64,000 nucleotides of DNA from Promethearchaeota archaeon (lineage in GTDB: Archaea; Asgardarchaeota; Lokiarchaeia; Sigyniarchaeales; SOKP01). Below are positions 58,435 to 64,000 of the stretch, one piece after another. How positions within the stretch are numbered: the first letter of the stretch is position 1; each line of letters starts with the position of its first letter. Below the pieces are notes generated by a model. It was not told where the DNA came from, did not search any database, and worked only from the letters and a program-made list of their open reading frames with translations. Location: contig JAHPZA010000003.1 of assembly GCA_019058445.1 (NCBI GenBank), positions 64,001-128,000 of the forward strand, in the 5' to 3' direction. The translations under genes and the position numbers were made by a program.

Positions 58435-59838
58435 ATGACAAAAAATATTATTAAATCACTAATATTAAGCATTTTCGATGATGAGGGACCTACACCGAAA
58501 ATCTTTTGGCCTGAAAATTTGGATGAGGGTGCCAGACTTTTAATCGCTACTAAAACAATTAGCCTACTTATGGGTGATGTCATTTATCAAAATGGAGATA
58601 CTATCGATGATATAAATTATTTTGGGGTCCTTCCTTTCCCAGACTTAGGATTAAAAGCATTAACTTACTTCTTTTTAATCGCAGATGAAAATGCACGTGG
58701 AAATGCTATGGCTTCGACAATAACAGTTTTAATTGATGAGGAAAAATCAACCTTCTTTTATGAGAATATGAAATATTTGAGAGTGATAATTGATAAATCT
58801 GCTACAGAGATCCAAAATTGTGAAAAGGTTGAGGAATACCAAACCATTATGAATGCTCTAAGAGAGGAATTATTTGCCTTTTGTAATGACTTAAAAGATC
58901 CTTTTTCTTCACAAAGAAAAATCAAAGTGGTACTTGTTGGATTGGATAGAGCCGGTAAGACAAGTTTTCTCTTTGGAGTTAAGAAAAAATATTCTGAAAT
59001 CATAAAAACTTTACCCACTAAGGGAGTAGAGAGATCTGAAGAGACTATTTTTGAGGAACAAAATTCTCATATTTCAATATGGGATTTAGGAGGTCAAAAA
59101 AGATATCGTGAAAAATACCTGGAACAAAGCAAACTCTATCTTTATAATATAGATTTATTATTTTATCTAATTGATATTCAAGATTTTAGGAGAATGATGG
59201 ATTCAGTAGAACTTTTTTCAAATATCATTGAATCTTTGAAGGAACTAGATGAATACCCTCCGATTGTTATATGCTTGAATAAATACGATCCTGATATTAA
59301 AGGCACTGAAGAAATTAATAAAAATGTTGAAATAATTACATCTCAAATTGAAAGAAAAGCCGAAAAATTTTTCATTAAAATTTTTAAGACTTCCATCTTT
59401 GACTATTGGTCTCTCATTTCAGCATATTCTTACGGACTTTCTCAGTTGAGTCCCAATAGAGATTTCTTTAAAAATAGATTGAAAATATTTGCTGATAATA
59501 CTGATGCTGATGCATTATTATTACTAAATGAGAATGGTATAATCTTGTCCAGCTATTCCAAGAAGGAGATTCCAAGCAAGGTTTTCGAGATTTCTGCTCC
59601 ACACTTTCAGACTCTATATAAAACATTTAAAGAATTTCAACTTTTAAAAAATGATTATATTATCTCGTCTGGTTTGAAAACAGATTCAAAAAACATTATT
59701 TTTAAAAAAATTCAAGTTAATAAATATACTTTATATTTACTATTGTTCATGGAAGAGTACCATAGCATTGAGAAAATCGAAAAATTTTTACCAAATTTTT
59801 CCAATATTCTGACAGAACTAATAAGTTCTTACATTTAA
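58435..59838 (+). CDS. uDENN-like + Rag/Arf-like GTPase + roadblock-like protein
   Basis: SIFDDEGPTP..NARGN, GLDRAGKT, LPTKG, WDLGGQ, NKYD, TSIFD, LLLNENGIILS. Paralog of 37060..38574. Confidence 0.82.
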   Translation: MTKNIIKSLILSIFDDEGPTPKIFWPENLDEGARLLIATKTISLLMGDVIYQNGDTIDDINYFGVLPFPDLGLKALTYFFLIADENARGNAMASTITVLIDEEKSTFFYENMKYLRVIIDKSATEIQNCEKVEEYQTIMNALREELFAFCNDLKDPFSSQRKIKVVLVGLDRAGKTSFLFGVKKKYSEIIKTLPTKGVERSEETIFEEQNSHISIWDLGGQKRYREKYLEQSKLYLYNIDLLFYLIDIQDFRRMMDSVELFSNIIESLKELDEYPPIVICLNKYDPDIKGTEEINKNVEIITSQIERKAEKFFIKIFKTSIFDYWSLISAYSYGLSQLSPNRDFFKNRLKIFADNTDADALLLLNENGIILSSYSKKEIPSKVFEISAPHFQTLYKTFKEFQLLKNDYIISSGLKTDSKNIIFKKIQVNKYTLYLLLFMEEYHSIEKIEKFLPNFSNILTELISSYI

Positions 59839-59940
59839 GAATTATAAATATTCTATTCCATTCCTTTTAAGATTCGATTCTAATGAAAAGGAGATAATGA
59901 AGAATTTTATTAACATTTATAATTAGGATACATTATTATT

Positions 59941-60621
59941 ATGTTAAAAAGTATTTTTGGAATAGTTCTAATCTTGATCTACAAAGTTTATTTAATAGAT
60001 GCTGATAATGGAATATCTTTATTGGAATTCACCTTTAAGGAATTTAAAAAATCCGTCTCAACAATACAAGATGAAATTTTGGCGGCTTTTTTTAGTGTAA
60101 TAAACAGGATGATTGATGATGTTCAAGAAGGTATGGCAAAAGGAAGAAGGGTCAATGAAATGACTCGAGTTGTTGAATCTGAGGAATCAACGATAGTTAT
60201 ATATTTTCATCCCTTATCCAGAGTACTTTTTTGCTCCATATCTGATGCTGATGATGATGTTGAGAAACTTAAGCGTTGCATCCACAAAATAGGGAACCGT
60301 TTTTGGAAGAAACATCAAAGTGATCTTAAAGTGTATAGAACAACAACCGAAAAGCATAGATTTAAGGCTTATAAGGCCGAAATTGAGAATTTAAGCCTTG
60401 GAGGGCGGATTGCAGAAGTGTTTCCTAAAGTATTAATCATGAAATCTGTGCTCGATAAAATCTTGAGTATGGGTATGATTAATGAGTTTGAACTCAAAGT
60501 TGCTTTACAATGTAACGGGGAAAACTCTCCTCTTAAAATTTCAAGGTTATTAGAAAAATCCAGAAATGAAATCAATGATGTTCTTAAAAAACTACAGGAA
60601 TTAGATATTATAAGAATGTAA
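59941..60621 (+). CDS. Longin-like domain + C-terminal winged-helix protein
   Basis: VYLIDADNGISLL...ILAAFFS...FCSISD, then CNGENSPLKISRLLEKSRNEINDVLKKL. The start may be TTG 59974. Confidence 0.65.
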   Translation: MLKSIFGIVLILIYKVYLIDADNGISLLEFTFKEFKKSVSTIQDEILAAFFSVINRMIDDVQEGMAKGRRVNEMTRVVESEESTIVIYFHPLSRVLFCSISDADDDVEKLKRCIHKIGNRFWKKHQSDLKVYRTTTEKHRFKAYKAEIENLSLGGRIAEVFPKVLIMKSVLDKILSMGMINEFELKVALQCNGENSPLKISRLLEKSRNEINDVLKKLQELDIIRM

Positions 60622-60752
60622 TTCCTATTCTCAGAATTGTAACTTTTATTGATTTTCAAAAAAAAGATTAATTCTCAGTTTGAAATTAGTAAAAATTAAA
60701 AATTTTCATTATTTATCTTAATAAATTATTCACAGATTATTTGGTATTAAAT

Positions 60753-61490
60753 ATGGAAAAAACTGAAGATACTAAAATTCAACTGCTACCAATTGTTAAA
60801 TCCCCATCAAGGGAAGCTCAATTACGAAAAGGAAGAGGATTTTCCTTAGGTGAAATAAAAGCAGCAGAAAAAACTATCCAAATGATTAGAACTTCAGGGA
60901 TAAAAATAGATTTTCTAAGAAGATCAGTTCTTCAATCAAATATAGAACAATTAAAAGAGTTAAAGGCTCCGGTTAGGAAAGGAAAGAAAAGATCACCTTT
61001 TGTTCGGAGAGAAAAGAAAGTCAGAGTAAGAACAAAGAAGGTTAAAAAGAAGAAAGTAAAACCAGTTAAAACAGCTGAACCCCTCCCGGAAAAACCAGTT
61101 GAGGCTGCTAAGATACCTAAACAAAAAGTTAAATCCACAATTAAGAAAAAGCAAATTCCAAAAGTCAAAGTAGAGGAAGAGACAATAGAAAAAGAAAAAG
61201 TAGCACCTATAGTTGAAGAAAAACCAAAAGAAAAAAAGAAATCTAAAAAGAAAGAAAAGGAGAAACCTAAGAAAGAAAAGATTAAAGAAGAAGAGAAAGG
61301 AACTCCCTTAACAGAATTATCTGGTTTAGGAAATGCGACAGTTAAGAAATTCAATGAAGTCGGTGTTAATACAATAGAAGAATTAATAAAAGAAAATCCA
61401 GAAGAATTAGCTATGATCATATCTGGGGTTTCTGAGGATAGAATAAAAAAATGGATTAATGAGAGTAAAGAGTTATTAAATCATTCTTAA
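60753..61490 (+). CDS. rpl13e: Ribosomal protein L13e-like domain + Lys-rich linker + helix-hairpin-helix domain
   Basis: L13e: PIVKSP...RKGRGFSLGEIK...GIKID.LRRS...NIEQLK. HhH: LTELSGLG...KFNEVGVNTIEEL...ISGVS. Confidence 0.75.
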   Translation: MEKTEDTKIQLLPIVKSPSREAQLRKGRGFSLGEIKAAEKTIQMIRTSGIKIDFLRRSVLQSNIEQLKELKAPVRKGKKRSPFVRREKKVRVRTKKVKKKKVKPVKTAEPLPEKPVEAAKIPKQKVKSTIKKKQIPKVKVEEETIEKEKVAPIVEEKPKEKKKSKKKEKEKPKKEKIKEEEKGTPLTELSGLGNATVKKFNEVGVNTIEELIKENPEELAMIISGVSEDRIKKWINESKELLNHS

Positions 61491-61674
61491 AGTTTTTAAC
61501 CTAATTTTCATCTCTATTTTTTTAAACATGTATTATTGGTGTTCAGCTACCACTTACAGAACCACTCATTTTATTATAAAAAGATGAACAAAACCATAAT
61601 TTTAAATTTATGAAATATATAAATCAATAAATAAAGAGTATGAGAAAGACTACACGAGTAAAATAGAGTTCAAA

Positions 61675-62166
61675 ATGCAAAAGAATTATTATGTTTATGA
61701 AAAACCAGAACTAAATTTTATCATTTACAAATTACCTATTTGGTTTAAAGAATCTTCTTATGAAGGCGATGAGAAAAAAGGAACTATTTTTTTTAATTCT
61801 TATAATGAATTTGATGAAATTTATGGAAGTAATGCAAAAATAGAAATTAATATTTCAGAGAAAGAAAGATTAGACTTTTATCATCCAAAAGAAGTTCAGG
61901 AATCTATTAATTTATACAATGCCATTAACGTTGTTGTCACAAAAAAAGAACGAACATGGTTAAACAGCCATGAATTTACATACTGGTTCGGAAATAGAAG
62001 GAAAATGATTAGAAAAAGATATTATCAAGAAAATCATATTCATGGTCTATTTTATTGTGAATTAACTGGGAGGCAATTTGATATTCACGCTGTCGTAGTA
62101 AAAGATCATTATGAAGGCTTTAAACCATTTCTTTTAGAAGCGTATAATTCAATAAATTGTCATTAA
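61675..62166 (+). CDS. Hypothetical protein
   Basis: 163-aa ORF with no recognised motif. Confidence 0.6.
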   Translation: MQKNYYVYEKPELNFIIYKLPIWFKESSYEGDEKKGTIFFNSYNEFDEIYGSNAKIEINISEKERLDFYHPKEVQESINLYNAINVVVTKKERTWLNSHEFTYWFGNRRKMIRKRYYQENHIHGLFYCELTGRQFDIHAVVVKDHYEGFKPFLLEAYNSINCH

Positions 62167-62176
62167 GGCCTTGAAA

Positions 62177-62923
62177 TTACTTTTTTTTTTGAGTCAAAAT
62201 GAAAAAGTTGTCCTTATCAGTTGAGCCCCCTAAAATTTTAAACTCTTTCAATTTGAAAATTTTAATCAAATCTTTTATTTCCCACTTTGAGAAGAAGTGA
62301 TAGAAACGATTATAGGTTTTATTTTCTGCCGAAATTGTCCAAGGGACAAATTTATCTCCAAATTCAGTTAAACCTAATTCTCTCTGGCGGTTTTTATAAT
62401 TCAATTTGAAAATACGCTTCAACCAGTCTTTAATAAAATATCTTATAAGCTTCTTTTGCCATTTACGCCACACTGTCAATAAAAAATAACCATTCCTCGC
62501 TAATAAGTTATATATTTGCTGTATAGCGCTTTTTCTTTCAGTTTTATCCTTTATATGATGAATTGTGGCAATTGAAAAGATGTTATGAATCGAAGCTGCT
62601 CTAATAGGGATGTATTTTATATCTCCAAGAATTAGTTGGATATTATTTTGCTCAATTTTAGTATAATGAATAGAATTTAGTACGCCATCTCGAGCGATTT
62701 TAATAAATTTAATTGAATTATCAATACCGATTAATTTATTATTGATACCACATTTAAATAACTTAAAATTTCTTCCATTACCACACCCTAAATCGATACA
62801 AAATCCATTAAAACGATAATCCTTCTCATATAATTGATTTAAAAATAGTTCTAAAGAGTTCCATGGATAATTTCTTTTTGAACTATAATCACCAGCAATT
62901 TTATTATAATAGTAATTCTCCAT
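62177..62923 (-). CDS. Class I SAM-dependent methyltransferase (Trm9/ALKBH8-like)
   Basis: YNKIAGDYS.KR..PW, IDLGCGNGRN, SIATIHHI, LTVW, VPW, RFYHFF. Confidence 0.8.
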   Translation of the reverse strand: MENYYYNKIAGDYSSKRNYPWNSLELFLNQLYEKDYRFNGFCIDLGCGNGRNFKLFKCGINNKLIGIDNSIKFIKIARDGVLNSIHYTKIEQNNIQLILGDIKYIPIRAASIHNIFSIATIHHIKDKTERKSAIQQIYNLLARNGYFLLTVWRKWQKKLIRYFIKDWLKRIFKLNYKNRQRELGLTEFGDKFVPWTISAENKTYNRFYHFFSKWEIKDLIKIFKLKEFKILGGSTDKDNFFILTQKKK

Positions 62924-62979
62924 GATCTTACATTGTTATTTTGGGCACCTGTCGTAAGTGCTCGATACTTTTAATTAAT

Positions 62980-63627
62980 TTAATCTGGATTGGAATCTTT
63001 TTTTTCCAAATTGAGAATAGTTAAGACAAAATTCCTTGCAGTTGGTGTTATTTTTCCTTTTTGGCTAGCCTCGTTCCATTGTTTAATAAGTATATTATTA
63101 GCACTCATCTCTTCAATAGCGATCTTGCCAACTTTAATCCACTCATCCTCATCAATGAGGGGAGCATTTTCACAAATTCCAGGACAGTATTCAATACCCT
63201 TTTCAGTATATTGCATTCTTATCTTGGCTTTATTCGCGATTTCTTTATTAAAGAAAATTCGAAAGGTAAAAGGAAATGTCCTACAAAACATCGGTCGGAT
63301 CTTATATATTAAACATTTCTTTCCTTTATCATCATAAAAATAACATTCTCCAGAGGGTTTCTTTTTCAATCCCGTAAACGCTAAGCCTCTCTCAGTTTCT
63401 ATAGGAGGAATTACCATTTTTCCAAGTTCTTCTTTCGAAGGAGATTTATCAAATATATAAAATCCGAGTATTTCAAGGATTTCCTCAATTTTTAAGTTCA
63501 AACTTTTCTTGATTCTTAGGATATCAGAATAAGTAACATTAACAAGTGTATTCTTATCAACACAACAGTTGCCACATCTTAGACATTCAAACCTAAGATC
63601 TTTAAATTCTTCTTTTTTCTGAACCAT
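62980..63627 (-). CDS. YkgJ-family CxxCxxCC cysteine cluster protein
   Basis: CLRCGNCC, CYFY...CLIYKIRPMFCRTFPF, CPGI. Confidence 0.85.
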   Translation of the reverse strand: MVQKKEEFKDLRFECLRCGNCCVDKNTLVNVTYSDILRIKKSLNLKIEEILEILGFYIFDKSPSKEELGKMVIPPIETERGLAFTGLKKKPSGECYFYDDKGKKCLIYKIRPMFCRTFPFTFRIFFNKEIANKAKIRMQYTEKGIEYCPGICENAPLIDEDEWIKVGKIAIEEMSANNILIKQWNEASQKGKITPTARNFVLTILNLEKKDSNPD

Positions 63628-63665
63628 ATATAAAATTAAGAAAAAGGGATATTATAAAATTATAA

Positions 63666-64000
63666 TTATTTGTATTTTTCGTCGGTACTTGGGATAATTA
63701 TTTTTCTTCCAATTAAGGTTTCTATAGAATCAATAATTAAATCCTTATTTTCTTCATAAACCAGTTCTAAAATCCTATCTAAGTAAAATTCACTTTTCCC
63801 TTTACCTTTTAAAAGTGAATATATTACATTTAATATACGCAATTCCATAGAATTTAATTCATCTTCTTTTCGAATTTTCGCAATGATTTCTGGTTTTGTT
63901 AATTTAACAGGCTCTTTATAAAATAGTTCAAAGTGTTCATTTAAAATCGGAGGAATATCCCTCTCAAATTCATCTAAACTTCCATCCCAAGTAGCGAATC
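63666..64000 (-). CDS. 5'-partial gene; likely longin tail + winged-helix C-terminus
   Basis: The frame is open to the window edge: FATWDGSLDEFERDIPPILNEHFELFYK...MELRILN...IIIP. Confidence 0.6.
   Translation of the reverse strand, partial: FATWDGSLDEFERDIPPILNEHFELFYKEPVKLTKPEIIAKIRKEDELNSMELRILNVIYSLLKGKGKSEFYLDRILELVYEENKDLIIDSIETLIGRKIIIPSTDEKYK

Noticed and set aside
547-63337. Many 60-165 aa antisense or overlapping ORFs (e.g. 2966..3340, 33097..33594, 34794..35144, 60932..61420, 62990..63337)
   Set aside because: They are shadows of well-supported genes on the other strand or frame and carry no motifs.
1-64000. tRNA, rRNA, selenoprotein (TGA read-through) or transposase genes
   Set aside because: None recognised by eye. 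The intergenic regions are AT-rich and lack GC-rich structured segments. tRNAscan-SE or Infernal would be needed to exclude them formally.

Overview
AT-rich archaeal chromosomal window. Gene content points to an Asgard archaeon of the Lokiarchaeia/Promethearchaeota type: seven small GTPases, plus longin, roadblock, profilin, gelsolin, TBP, L13e and an archaeosortase. The centrepiece is a ~16 kb minus-strand chemotaxis cluster at 12835-29060. It contains cheW, cheY, cheA, a cheW-cheC-cheC fusion, cheR, cheD, cheC, a second cheY and two cheB genes. Co-oriented among them are eukaryotic-signature genes: a longin protein, a single-domain gelsolin, a Roadblock-Rab fusion and a cytoplasmic beta-sandwich protein. 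The cluster converges on a profilin-domain gene. Its two sub-operons are headed by a nearly identical 49-bp promoter-like element. No chemoreceptor, CheF or archaellum gene is present in the window, so the working hypothesis is a Che pathway whose output is actin or membrane remodelling. A second notable locus at 45213-51118 encodes a uDENN-GTPase-uDENN-PASx3 protein, a tandem pair of Rag-like GTPases and a Zn-ribbon/roadblock protein, and resembles a Rag/Ragulator/FLCN-type module. The rest is housekeeping or metabolic: ppsA, hom, thrC, an MtrH-like protein, M42 peptidase, ClC, nitroreductases, methyltransferases and a degenerate NrdD-like protein. No rRNA, tRNA, CRISPR or mobile element was recognised. 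All family calls were made by motif recognition, without database searches.
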